A stretch of 64,000 bases of DNA from an uncultured delta proteobacterium. Its GTDB lineage: Bacteria > Desulfobacterota > RBG-13-43-22. The DNA is taken from NCBI GenBank assembly GCA_963790475.1, contig CAWBOS010000012.1, positions 864,001 to 928,000 on the forward strand. The letters run 5' to 3'. A program made the translations under genes and the position numbers. Below are positions 1-9,405 of the stretch, piece after piece; position 1 is the first letter of the stretch, and each line of letters opens with the position of its first letter. The notes beneath the pieces were generated by a model, which saw only the letters and a list, made by a program, of their open reading frames with translations, did not search any database and was not told where the DNA came from.

Positions 1-756
1 GACGGCGAGCCGATGGAGCCTGAGACCTGTCCGAGATGTGGCTGTTACCCCTGCCAATGCGAAAAGCAGCCGCCGAAACCGTGTCCTGTATGTGGGCAGA
101 GGCCGTGTATCTGTGAGCCCAAGGTTTGCCCGATATGCGGTCAAAAGCCCTGTGTCTGTAAGAAGAAGGCAAAAGTCAAGCTTGCCGATGGCAAGGAGCG
201 GACCATTCAGCACATGATGTGCACCACCTTTTGGCATCCCAGCGGCTTGCCCATGTCTGCCCAGCAGTTCATGGAAATGCTGTTCGGCAAGCTGCCGGAA
301 TTCTTCAAGGACGAAGCGGAACTCCGCGACATTTGGAGCGCCCCTGATACGCGCAAGAAGCTTTTACAAGGACTCGCAGAGAAGGGGTTTGGCCGCGAAC
401 AACTTTCCGAGATGCAAAAGATTATTGATGCCGAAAAGAGCGATCTCTTTGATGTGCTGGCCCATGTTGCCTACGCAATGCCACCATTGACCCGGGAAGA
501 ACGCGCTGCCGGGGCTAAGGTCATTATCAGCACCCACTTCAACACAAAGCAGCGGGTCTTCCTCGACTTCGTGCTGTCGCATTATGTGAGTATCGGGGTG
601 GATGAACTCGACCAGGAAAAGTTGAAACCGTTGCTCCTTCTGAAATACCACGACTCCATTGCTGACGCCGTGGCCGATTTAGGCAAACCGGAAGAAATTG
701 GCGAGGTCTTCTACGGATTTCAAAAATATCTGTATCAGCAACAGGCCGCTGCATGA
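1..756 (+). CDS. hsdR: Type I restriction enzyme R subunit, C-terminal part (EcoEI/EcoAI-type C-terminal domain); 5' end outside window
   Basis: Frame open from base 1 (DGEPMEP...). The stretch KVKLADGK...FW...LFGKLPEFFKDEAELRDIWSAPDTRKKLL...DLFDVLAHVAY...FQKYLY matches the EcoEI_R C-terminal domain; preceded by three CPxCGxxPCxC repeats. Confidence 0.85.
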   Translation, partial: DGEPMEPETCPRCGCYPCQCEKQPPKPCPVCGQRPCICEPKVCPICGQKPCVCKKKAKVKLADGKERTIQHMMCTTFWHPSGLPMSAQQFMEMLFGKLPEFFKDEAELRDIWSAPDTRKKLLQGLAEKGFGREQLSEMQKIIDAEKSDLFDVLAHVAYAMPPLTREERAAGAKVIISTHFNTKQRVFLDFVLSHYVSIGVDELDQEKLKPLLLLKYHDSIADAVADLGKPEEIGEVFYGFQKYLYQQQAAA

Positions 757-766
757 CGAGCATTCA

Positions 767-940
767 ATGGAAATAAATGATAAGAAATTAGAAGCTTTAA
801 AACAGGCCTTGATTGGCGTCAAAAATCAGAGGGAGGAGGCTTTTATATTGCTTACCGCTGTTCCGGAACAACATCTTCCCGATATGGTGGAGACACTCCG
901 GATCCTAAATGGGCTCAAGGAAATTAATAGTCCTCGTTAA
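767..940 (+). CDS. Small hypothetical protein (57 aa)
   Basis: ATG 10 nt after the hsdR stop; helical-looking sequence; no recognisable motif or strong RBS. Confidence 0.35.
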   Translation: MEINDKKLEALKQALIGVKNQREEAFILLTAVPEQHLPDMVETLRILNGLKEINSPR

Positions 941-1033
941 AATTAATACTTTCTTCCAGTAACTCGCAGGGTCCAGTTTTGGAAAAAATGCCAGAGGACA
1001 AATGATGATACCTTAACAGAGACTTGAATTTGT

Positions 1034-1061
1034 TTGACTTTTTCTAAATTCTGATTAAAAT
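1034..1061 (+). promoter_or_regulatory. Putative sigma70 promoter
   Basis: TTGACT-N16-TAAAAT directly upstream of the structured element at 1075. Confidence 0.5.
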
Positions 1062-1074
1062 CTCCTTATTCTTA

Positions 1075-1167
1075 AATGAGTTTTCTTGCTATCAACACCT
1101 AACAAAGGAGTTTTGATGGAAGAATAGACCCCTATTCTCAACAGAGATATGGGGGTTTTTTATTTTT
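1075..1167 (+). ncRNA. Putative structured leader/sRNA, copy 1, ending in an intrinsic terminator
   Basis: Long imperfect hairpin containing AAGGAG-N5-ATG-GAA-GAA-TAG, then terminator cccctattctc..gagatatggggg-T tract; related to 35180, 40736 and 41486. Confidence 0.45.
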
Positions 1168-1312
1168 AAACTGGGCGGGATGTTACACAGTTAGAAATTT
1201 ATCCAAGCAACGCCCTATTTTAACAAAATTTTATAATATTTTAATCGAATGTTTAATACAATTCGGGAAAACCAATCAATTTCATTTTGATAATTTGAAT
1301 AGGACCGGGGAT

Positions 1313-2092
1313 ATGGATGTAACTCTCCTGCACAAAATCCATTCTGAGGGAGCCAAACTTCTTCTCAACTGCCCGCCTCCTCGAAGATCAGCCAACGACT
1401 GGCAGCAATATATTCCAGAACCGTTTGAGACAGCCTTGTCAGTTGAAGAGCATCGTTGGTTCTGGCGGCCAAAGCAAATCAAATTTGTTCTTCTGGCTGA
1501 ATCCCACGTCTATACTGATGCTGATGATCTAAAGTGCAAAATCGTTTATGACAAGTTGGATCCGTCTTTACAAAAATCGCCTCGACAATTTGTCCGACTT
1601 GTCTACTGCCTTGGGTACGGAAACGACCAGATACTCGATAGAGTTCCAGAGCAAAATAATTCAGGTACCAAAGAGTACTGGGAATTGTTAGGAAGATGTG
1701 CTGGCACGTGGAACAGATCTGACTATTCCATGCCATCGAAGATTCGAACCCTTGAGATTTTGAAAGAGAAAGGGATTTGGCTTGCAGATGCATCCATCCA
1801 TGCATGTATGAACCCGCGACTAAATAAACCATGGCGCAATATTGCGACTCGCTTCAAAAACACACTTTATAGAGAGCTGATCAATCTTTCTTGGGACTAT
1901 GTACGTCCAACGATTGAACAGGCAAAGGAAATCTGGTATGTCGGCAACAATTTGAAATCTGTCTTGCACGATAGCATTCTGAATCCCATAAAGTCCATCC
2001 CCCAACCATCAGGACGACGCAATCCAAGAACACGAAGAGAATATGACGAAAAACTTCCGAAGCTTATAACTGCAATTAACAAGGTTTGCTGA
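1313..2092 (+). CDS. Hypothetical protein, possible uracil-DNA glycosylase-like fold
   Basis: Motifs WRPKQIKFVLLAESH, GIWLADAS and a C-terminal IPQPS resemble UDG-superfamily motifs; AT-rich. Confidence 0.55.
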   Translation: MDVTLLHKIHSEGAKLLLNCPPPRRSANDWQQYIPEPFETALSVEEHRWFWRPKQIKFVLLAESHVYTDADDLKCKIVYDKLDPSLQKSPRQFVRLVYCLGYGNDQILDRVPEQNNSGTKEYWELLGRCAGTWNRSDYSMPSKIRTLEILKEKGIWLADASIHACMNPRLNKPWRNIATRFKNTLYRELINLSWDYVRPTIEQAKEIWYVGNNLKSVLHDSILNPIKSIPQPSGRRNPRTRREYDEKLPKLITAINKVC

Positions 2093-2199
2093 TAAATACA
2101 TGAAAAAAGACATGTGATGGTTACTTCTGTATATCAAGCAAAATGAGGAGATATGAAGTTCTTTAGAATAACTTGTTAGCTGTCACAAAGGGTAGTAGA

Positions 2200-3730
2200 C
2201 CTAAACGTTGCAAAAGAAATCGCCAAATTTTGAATTATGCTGCCATTTTAAAAGTATCTAAGAATTTGAACAAACCATGTTTAACGACTTCATTACCACT
2301 CATAGTAAGAGTCAGGTTACCCTGGGGTGCTGTGAGTCTTCCTGCTCTTTGAATATAACGATGGCGGATCCATTTTAATTCATGAAAATTCCAAAGCGGG
2401 GTTCTTTTCTCGGAGGTTCCTCGATCTCTATCCCGGGTAGCCATTTGTAATTCCCGGTTCAGGTTATGGGCAAAAATAGCCGCTATCATGTAACATTGGT
2501 TTCCTGAAAGTTTCTTAACCGCAATATAATCCAGTTGGCTTTGGGATTTCAATTCCCCAAAGACACTCTCCTGACTTCCTCGACCATTGTGAAAGACCAG
2601 GATCTTTTTAGCAGAAATCCTCTTGTTGGTGACGATGACCTTATACTCGTACCCATATTCTAAAGGGATAAAGAGATCCAATTGAATCGGGGCTTTTTGG
2701 ATTTGCTTGCATCGTTGTCGTATAAAAACAAAACGGAACTTTACCGGCCATTTTTTCGGTTTCCAGGGGGTTTCAAAATACGACCAGCGATTATTTAAAT
2801 GACGCCAACGCACTCGATTTTCAATCATCGATTTTAATTCGGCAAAGCGTTCAAAAGGAACGCTGAGGGTAAATTCGATGGATTCCTGGTCTAATAAGGC
2901 AACTATTTCCTGGCTGAAAAAAGCGCTATCCATCCGGACCTCAAGCGTAATACCCGGCAGTTCTTGTTTGAGCCAGCTAAGGCATTGATGGATAAACTCA
3001 CTGGCCCCATTCGAATCATGGACATTGCCGGGGCGATGATAGAAATCAAATACTTGTCCGGTTTGGGCAATGGTACAAAAAAGGGGATAGTAACTTCGGG
3101 CTCCCTTCTTTTTCTTGTTAAATCCAACCGCCGTGCCTTCGGCTTTTCGGGATGTAGATAAAACTGATCCATCAAAGTCAACGGTTAATCGACTCAGACC
3201 AGTTTTTTGGAGACGTTCGATAACCATCTGGCGGTTCAGTTCTCGGATTTTTTGGATGGCTTTTGGATCGGTACTTTTTAAGGCGCGACAAACCGTAGAG
3301 ACATCCGGGAGGCGTTTCATTCCTAATAGTCTTTGAACCAAAGGATCATCTTTATAATAGTCCATATCCCGGAGTCTTCGAAAGCCCAAAAGAATATGGA
3401 TAATCAGCAGCATCATAATTACATGATGTCCTATAATTTCCGAGACGTGCAGGTGACGAAAACACTGGCGCAGTCGTTCTTTCAAACCCAGTTTCTGAAA
3501 CAAAGGATGAAAAATTATCAAACCTGAAAAGGATGTAAGTTTCTGATCTTCAAATCGGATCTGAGGAGTTTTATATGCTCGACTAAAAAAATGCCTTTTG
3601 CTATACTTCACCTTAGGTGGCCTCCAGTGACGGAAAATTGTGTGATGTGCTAATCTCACTTTAACCAATACTGGAGCCACCTTTCAAGCTCTTTATTACT
3701 TTTATTACACTTTTTTTATGCCACTATAGA
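2200..3730 (-). mobile_element. IS1380-family insertion sequence
   Basis: Imperfect terminal IRs (cctaaacgttgcaaaa / revcomp tctatagtggcataaa); 5-bp target duplication GTAGA at 2195-2199 and 3731-3735. Confidence 0.85.
2235..3611 (-). CDS. IS1380-family DDE transposase
   Basis: LTSFSGL, TVDFDGS, GARSYYPL, RPGNVHDS, VRMDSAFF, HNGRGSQE motifs; GTG start at 3611 has GGAGG RBS. Confidence 0.92.
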   Translation of the reverse strand: MKYSKRHFFSRAYKTPQIRFEDQKLTSFSGLIIFHPLFQKLGLKERLRQCFRHLHVSEIIGHHVIMMLLIIHILLGFRRLRDMDYYKDDPLVQRLLGMKRLPDVSTVCRALKSTDPKAIQKIRELNRQMVIERLQKTGLSRLTVDFDGSVLSTSRKAEGTAVGFNKKKKGARSYYPLFCTIAQTGQVFDFYHRPGNVHDSNGASEFIHQCLSWLKQELPGITLEVRMDSAFFSQEIVALLDQESIEFTLSVPFERFAELKSMIENRVRWRHLNNRWSYFETPWKPKKWPVKFRFVFIRQRCKQIQKAPIQLDLFIPLEYGYEYKVIVTNKRISAKKILVFHNGRGSQESVFGELKSQSQLDYIAVKKLSGNQCYMIAAIFAHNLNRELQMATRDRDRGTSEKRTPLWNFHELKWIRHRYIQRAGRLTAPQGNLTLTMSGNEVVKHGLFKFLDTFKMAA

Positions 3731-3734
3731 GTAG

Positions 3735-4427
3735 ATGCAAGATAAATTCAAATTCCCATCGAGAGGTTTCTATTTTGTCGAAAGCAAAGTGAAGGAGGCC
3801 GACTATTTCCTAGATATGCTGGAGGGCAAAAAGGGTTCTCCAGATGAATTTTCATTTATCTTGAATGCATTTGCTTCTGCGGCACGTAGCATCACGTTTT
3901 CGCTTCAATCAGTCATGTCTCATTATCCAAGTTTCGAGGAATGGTATCAGCCAAGGCAACAACAACTGAAGGAAAACAAGCTAGCGAAATTCTTTGTTGA
4001 TCTGCGAAATTTCACTCAGAAAGTTGGATGTGCTCCTATTATGCATACGGGAACGCTGAAAAATGCAAAAGCATTTCGCTACGCCTTATTTTTTCCATCA
4101 GAGCATTTAGAAAGTATTCCACCCGGTGATATTGTCAGGCTTGCACAGGAATATTTTATAAGCATCCTAACAATTATCAAACAATGCTATGAGGACTACT
4201 CAGAGTATGTGGATCCAAGGATCGTATTCACTATTGAGGGCCTATCAAAGTTAGGTTGGTCTATAGAGGATTTAGAAGAGTCATGCGGCCTCCCAAGAGG
4301 ATGGACTGACATTAATGAAAATATTCCAAACAAATCACAAGAACGGCTGAGAGTATTAAAGAGTGAGTATCAAAAAGAAGAAGAGATGGAATACTATTTC
4401 AAGAAATACAACCTAAACAACTGCTAA
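3735..4427 (+). CDS. Integron cassette ORF A, HEPN-like hypothetical protein
   Basis: Helical ORF with EADYFL...LNAFASAARS...LRNFTQK; its stop codon lies inside the attC inverse core, as is typical of cassettes. Confidence 0.7.
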   Translation: MQDKFKFPSRGFYFVESKVKEADYFLDMLEGKKGSPDEFSFILNAFASAARSITFSLQSVMSHYPSFEEWYQPRQQQLKENKLAKFFVDLRNFTQKVGCAPIMHTGTLKNAKAFRYALFFPSEHLESIPPGDIVRLAQEYFISILTIIKQCYEDYSEYVDPRIVFTIEGLSKLGWSIEDLEESCGLPRGWTDINENIPNKSQERLRVLKSEYQKEEEMEYYFKKYNLNNC

Positions 4428-4478
4428 CAAAGGCAATACAACCGATCGCTAACGCTTCGGCTGATCTTTTCGTTGGGC
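4422..4478 (+). mobile_element. attC site 1 (57 bp)
   Basis: TGCTAAC...GTTGGGC ends, internal palindrome caaccga...tcggctg; inverse core nearly complements the cassette's upstream core GTTAGCT at 2175. Confidence 0.8.
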
Positions 4479-4496
4479 ATAAAGGAGAGGATATCC

Positions 4497-5180
4497 ATGT
4501 CACGTCTTCTTTCATTCACGACAGGGCCAAAAGACTGGAAGGCATTGCTTGCCGATCCAGAGAAACATTGGAAATCAGGATATTCTGCCCGCACTTTAGC
4601 GTATTGTTGGGAAGCAGCAGACGGCTTCCCTTCTGAGGTCAGCCTACCTTTTACTCAGAGCACGGAGCCTCTATTAGAAAACCTCATTCCAATTCTCGCA
4701 GTGCCAGAGTTCAAAGTGCCATTGCCAGGCGGAGTACGCTCCTCACAGAACGACATCTTCGTATTAGCTCGATCCTCATCAGGGCCTGTTTGTATTATGG
4801 TTGAAGGCAAGGTCGATGAATCCTTCGGCCCCACCCTTGGTGAATGGCGAAAGGAAGCATCACCAGGCAAAAAAAAGCGCCTTAGTTTTCTCCTTCGCTC
4901 GCTTGGTCTAGCCACTGTTCCGTCAGATTCAATTCGTTATCAACTTCTTCATCGAGCTGCATCAGCCATAATTGCTGGAGAGCAATATCGTGCCGCAGCT
5001 GCTGTCCTTATCGTTCATTCATTCAGTCAGCTGCATACGGGTTGGTCAGATTATCAAGCATTTACACACATCTTTGGTGTTGAGGCAATGGTTGGAACTA
5101 TCCAGCGACTTAGTATCTCTTCAACTGTGCCGCTCCTTGGGGTATGGGTCGTTGGTAATCCATTGTTCTTACAAAGCTGA
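4497..5180 (+). CDS. Integron cassette ORF B, DUF6946-like PD-(D/E)XK nuclease-fold protein
   Basis: AAGGAGAGG RBS; PEKHWKSGYSA, SQNDIFVL...VEGKVDESFG and RYQLLHR motifs. Confidence 0.8.
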   Translation: MSRLLSFTTGPKDWKALLADPEKHWKSGYSARTLAYCWEAADGFPSEVSLPFTQSTEPLLENLIPILAVPEFKVPLPGGVRSSQNDIFVLARSSSGPVCIMVEGKVDESFGPTLGEWRKEASPGKKKRLSFLLRSLGLATVPSDSIRYQLLHRAASAIIAGEQYRAAAAVLIVHSFSQLHTGWSDYQAFTHIFGVEAMVGTIQRLSISSTVPLLGVWVVGNPLFLQS

Positions 5181-5189
5181 GGCATAATA

Positions 5190-5244
5190 GCCCAACCAGT
5201 CGATCCAGCCGATCGCTATACTCCGGCTGATTTTTTCGTTATGA
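5190..5244 (+). mobile_element. attC site 2 (55 bp)
   Basis: GCCCAAC is the exact reverse complement of GTTGGGC that opens this cassette; stem cagccg...cggctg; ends cGTTATGA; clearly homologous to attC 1. Confidence 0.85.
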
Positions 5245-5307
5245 TCACTTTCAGCCAGTAATCATCCGTTTTTTGTTCATTCCCTGTTCAACATTAGTAG
5301 GTGTACT

Positions 5308-5748
5308 CTATTTGTTGATCAGTTTTCTCAATGCGATGGTCCGGTTGATCCATCCCCGCAGATTAATAATTTTATATGGTTTTTCTTTAACCCGGTCGGA
5401 ATAATAGGCGATCCGGTCAAAGAGATAATCCTGCCAGGTCCCGGGCCCGGATCTCAATTCATTGGCCAGCTTAAAACCAGGATTAATAGCAATATCAAAA
5501 ATGATCATGTCCTTTGGATAGGGCAGCAGATCACACCCGGCCAGCAGCCAGTAATTTTTGAAGTAGAGATCCGATGCATATTTCATGGCCTCTTCTTTGG
5601 ACATCTTCGCCATTTTGGCCACTTCCACCGGATGATAAACAATAGACATTCCCCAAATCGTAAGCTTGCCGGGATCCCTGGGATCGTCGGTTTTATAGCC
5701 TTCCTTTTCCAGTACAAATCCGAGGGCCTTGGGAAAATTATCATTCAT
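5308..5748 (-). CDS. Glycoside hydrolase family 108 lysozyme (phage endolysin-like)
   Basis: F..AL.FVL..EG...DDPRDPG..T.WG N-terminal motif and C-terminal RGWINR. Confidence 0.85.
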   Translation of the reverse strand: MNDNFPKALGFVLEKEGYKTDDPRDPGKLTIWGMSIVYHPVEVAKMAKMSKEEAMKYASDLYFKNYWLLAGCDLLPYPKDMIIFDIAINPGFKLANELRSGPGTWQDYLFDRIAYYSDRVKEKPYKIINLRGWINRTIALRKLINK

Positions 5749-6005
5749 TTTTTAACCTTTTCAACTGTCTTAGAGATAATTTGTTCGATCTGCGTAGTGG
5801 AAAGATCGTGGTTGTTAACATGAAAATATACCTGAGTTAAGAAGAAAGAAACCATGCCGATAAGGACTGAGATAAGAGTCCAGACGGCCATTCGGCTGCT
5901 TTTTAGGGCATTTTCCTTGATCTCTAAAAGGCATGTTTCCGCCTGCTCAATCCGTTCTTTAAATCCTTGGTGTAAAGGACAAGTCACATCAGCTTCGCTC
6001 GGCAT
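5745..6005 (-). CDS. Small single-TM phage-type protein (holin/XhlA-like)
   Basis: AAAGGAAA RBS, coiled coil plus one TM helix, ATGA overlap with the GH108 gene. Confidence 0.55.
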   Translation of the reverse strand: MPSEADVTCPLHQGFKERIEQAETCLLEIKENALKSSRMAVWTLISVLIGMVSFFLTQVYFHVNNHDLSTTQIEQIISKTVEKVKK

Positions 6006-6192
6006 GGGCGTTTCCTTTCTTATCAGATTATCCTGGGGAGAACGAAAAGGCAAAAAACCACCCCCACCGTTCTCCCCAGGATTTAAAGTATTTGTCCAAG
6101 ACTGTTTCTCATTTTCCGGACACCACTCCCGCCGCATCATCCGCCAAAGGCAGCATGGATTTGATAAGGTTATTGAACATCGTGCCGGTGAT

Positions 6193-6751
6193 GGCCAAAA
6201 AACTGCTGGCTGAGGCCGGTTACCCCAATGGGTTCACCTTCAAGGCTCAAATCCCAAATGCCAGTCAGGAACGTATGGATCTGGCCCAAATGGTAGTGGC
6301 TTATCTTGCTAAGATCGGGGTGACCCTGGTGTTGGACCCTTTGGATTATCCTTCCTGGCTCAGCCGGATGACCAAGAAGAACCACTCGGAAGGGATCTTC
6401 TTTGACAACGATCACGGGACTCCTTACGCCGGAATTCGCAAGAATTTCTCGACCGGCAACACCTGGAATCCCCACATGATGAGCGATCCCTATGTGGACA
6501 AGACCCACAGCGAGGCCGTTGAAAACCCGAAACTGAGCGAAAAGCAAAGTCTGGCGGTGATGAAAAAACTAGCGGTTTATTGCCTGGATCAAGCCCCGGC
6601 CATCATACTTCCTACCCCCCATGTTTATACCGCCTGGTGGCCCTGGGTCAAAAATTATTACGGGGAGCAGCGTGTTGGTGCACAAAGAGCTAATCCCATC
6701 ATGGCCCGTATATGGATAGATCAAGAATTGAAAAAGAAGATGGGATATTGA
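6193..6751 (+). pseudogene. 5'-truncated family 5 ABC substrate-binding protein
   Basis: AKKLLAEAGYPNGFTFKAQ...WPWVKNYYGE...WIDQ aligns with the last third of 51294-53018; no upstream homology. Confidence 0.85.
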
Positions 6752-6920
6752 TAAGAAGCAAATATCTGATAAAGGCCTTCAGGGGGTGTTTCCTTGAGCG
6801 CACCCCGTATTTGAAGGGAAAGCGGGACTTCTTAAAAAAGCAAATAACTTGATGAGGTAGTGGGAGAAGGCGACGGGGTGGTGAACAAATTGAATCAGGA
6901 TCTGATCCCCACTTTTTCAG

Positions 6921-8138
6921 TCACTCGATGATTCCGGACTTCCTTAAATCGGCGATATCCTGCTCGGAGTATCCAAGTTCTCTCATAATCTGATCCGTGT
7001 GCTCCCCGAGATCGGGAGCCCTGCTCGTTACTCTCGAGGGAGTCTTGGAGAGCTTGATCGGGTTATTAATCATTCGGACCGGACCATGCCGGGGATGGTC
7101 CCAATCAACAAAGATATCGTTGGCCCGGGCCTGTTCTTCCCGGGTCACCTCCAAGGGAGTCATCACCGGTGCCCAGATAAGTTTGGTCCGGGAGAGAATC
7201 TCAATCCATTCAGCATAGGTCTTGCCGCAGAAGATCTTCTCAATCAGTTCCACCAGCTCTTCCGCGTTTTTCGTCCTGGCCTCGGAGGTGGCGAAACGCG
7301 GATCCTTTTCCAGTTCCGGGAAGCCGGTGGCCAGGCAGAAGGCTGGCCAATAGGGCTGGGAATTCGTCATGCCGAGCATGATCCAGCGGTTGTCCCGGGT
7401 CGGGTAATTATTGCGGATAGGGTTAACGACGGCACGGCGGCGGGGCAGTTCCAGATCCTCACCCGTGGCCAAACAGCCGGAGATATCGAAGCCCAGGGAC
7501 CAGACGCCGGAGTTGAAAAGGGAAACGGAAACCTCCTGCCCTTGCCCGGTCCTTTCGCGGATGTAAAGGGCGGCCATGATTCCGGCCAACAGGTGAATGG
7601 ATGTGGTGCTGTCGCCATAGGCAGGCCGGGAGACGGGAGGCGGATCATCATCCTCGTGGAGCAGATGCATCACCCCCGTACGCGCCCAGAAGGCGACGGA
7701 ATCATAACCGCCGGTGTTCCTCATGGGACCCCTCTGCCCATATCCGGTCAGGTTGGCACAGATGATCCCCGGATTGATCCCGGACAGGATCTCATAGGTC
7801 AGGTTGAATTTTTCCATCTCGTAGGGCCGCAGATTGTTAAGGAAGACATCCGCGGAAGCGATAAGCTTATGCAGGATGGCCTGACCCGCAGGGGTCCCCA
7901 TGTCAATGACCATACTCTTCTTGTTTCGATCGGCGTGCTCCCAGAGAAAATTCATCTGAGAGAGATTACCTGTCTGGCTGATCCGCATCCCTACAAAATG
8001 ACGCTGTATGTCCCCACGGCCGGGTGGTTCCACATGGATAATCTCCGCACCCCAGGAGCTCATGAGCATCCCGGCCAAGGGCATGGCCGCGACTCCTCCT
8101 ACCTCGACACCTTTAATCCCTTCCAATCCATTTCGCAT
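6921..8138 (-). CDS. CaiB/BaiF family III CoA-transferase
   Basis: GAEIIHVEPP, RNKKS, ADVFLNN, GYG..GP, APDLGEHT motifs. Confidence 0.95.
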   Translation of the reverse strand: MRNGLEGIKGVEVGGVAAMPLAGMLMSSWGAEIIHVEPPGRGDIQRHFVGMRISQTGNLSQMNFLWEHADRNKKSMVIDMGTPAGQAILHKLIASADVFLNNLRPYEMEKFNLTYEILSGINPGIICANLTGYGQRGPMRNTGGYDSVAFWARTGVMHLLHEDDDPPPVSRPAYGDSTTSIHLLAGIMAALYIRERTGQGQEVSVSLFNSGVWSLGFDISGCLATGEDLELPRRRAVVNPIRNNYPTRDNRWIMLGMTNSQPYWPAFCLATGFPELEKDPRFATSEARTKNAEELVELIEKIFCGKTYAEWIEILSRTKLIWAPVMTPLEVTREEQARANDIFVDWDHPRHGPVRMINNPIKLSKTPSRVTSRAPDLGEHTDQIMRELGYSEQDIADLRKSGIIE

Positions 8139-8226
8139 AAACCACCTGCTGATTCGCCCTTCCCCCTTTGAAAAAAAGGCTGATTTATTATTGAGATCTT
8201 AAATTGGCCATTGTCTAAAAACAAAT

Positions 8227-8405
8227 TTCACCGCCCACTCCCCCTGATAAAAACAGGACTCATTCGAGACGCCGGGTACGCCGAGTTAGTGATTTCACCT
8301 TTGCCTGTGAGAGGCAGGCAAAGGTAAAGGGCTCTTATTGCTTTCCGCCCTCTCAGCGGAAAGCAATAATATTCTTCTCTGCGCTCCCTGCGACTCTGCG
8401 GTGAA
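8227..8405. repeat. Palindromic intergenic repeat/MITE-like, family A
   Basis: Terminal IR ttcaccgc...gcggtgaa with internal hairpins around a tgagagg loop; related copy at 25720. Confidence 0.65.
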
Positions 8406-8427
8406 TCTAATCTGCTATCTGCTCTTC

Positions 8428-9405
8428 TTATTGGGTGACCCCCTGAGCCCCACCCCCGGCAGCGGCTACGGCGGTTACCTTTTCCGCCTCTCGGCGGGTT
8501 ACACATTCTGCCCGTTCCAGCACATCGTTCACATGCTCCAAGTGAGCCACATCGATCATGCGGCCGTCCAGGGCCACTGATCCGTCTCCCCGGGCGAAGG
8601 CCTCCTCCAGGGCGGTTTTCACACGTTTGGCCGCATCCAGCTCGGCCGGGGTGGATTTGAAACCTTCGTTAACCGGATCACACCACAAGGGATGGATTTC
8701 AGGAGTCCCCCGGTATCCCATCATAAAGGATCGATGACAGACCTCTAATATGGCCTTGGGGTCCCCACTGGTATTCATTAGGCCTGCGCCGCCCCGGGGC
8801 ATCAGACCGGAGGCCTGTACCCCTGCGGCCCTGGCCGTAAAGAGCAGTTTGCCGGCTGGCCAGGAAAACTGGTCATAACTCAGATCCCGGGAAGGTGTAA
8901 AACCCAGGTCGCGGGCGAGGTCCACTCCCCCGATACTGCTCTGGACGATTCGGGGACTGGCATTGAGGATAGTCTCCATATTGACGACTCCGACAGCCGT
9001 CTCGATGAGCAGATCGAACTGAATGGACCCCACGGGAATTCCTCTCTCCTTCTCCAAGCCGGTCACCATGCTGTCGATTCTTTGGATCTCTTCCGCAGAT
9101 TCGCACTTGGGGATCATGATACTGACCAGGCCGGGGACGACGATTGAATCCAGGTCCTCCTCCTCCAGTCCCCGGTTGATCCGCACCTGGACCTCGGCCC
9201 CTCCTCGGCTTACGATGGGCATGGCGTCTTTGACCATTTTTCGGGCGGTTGTTTTTTCGGATGGAGGAACGGCATCTTCAAGATCAAGAATGATGCAGTC
9301 AGCCCCGCGCATCCAGGCCTTGATAATGAATTTTTCACGATTCACCGGAACAAAGAGCTTCGACCTGCGTACGAGCCGGAGAATCTTATCCCGCTTGGAA
9401 AGCAT
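8428..9405 (-). CDS. CitE/HpcH-family (citryl/malyl-CoA) lyase
   Basis: RRSKLFVP, ADCIILDLEDAV, VRIN, IPKCES, LIETA, GRMID motifs. Confidence 0.92.
   Translation of the reverse strand: MLSKRDKILRLVRRSKLFVPVNREKFIIKAWMRGADCIILDLEDAVPPSEKTTARKMVKDAMPIVSRGGAEVQVRINRGLEEEDLDSIVVPGLVSIMIPKCESAEEIQRIDSMVTGLEKERGIPVGSIQFDLLIETAVGVVNMETILNASPRIVQSSIGGVDLARDLGFTPSRDLSYDQFSWPAGKLLFTARAAGVQASGLMPRGGAGLMNTSGDPKAILEVCHRSFMMGYRGTPEIHPLWCDPVNEGFKSTPAELDAAKRVKTALEEAFARGDGSVALDGRMIDVAHLEHVNDVLERAECVTRREAEKVTAVAAAGGGAQGVTQ

Noticed and set aside
6999-8171. Long antisense ORFs (also 21533, 26295, 34417, 37441, 51369, 58807)
   Set aside because: Shadow frames opposite well-supported genes; no motifs.
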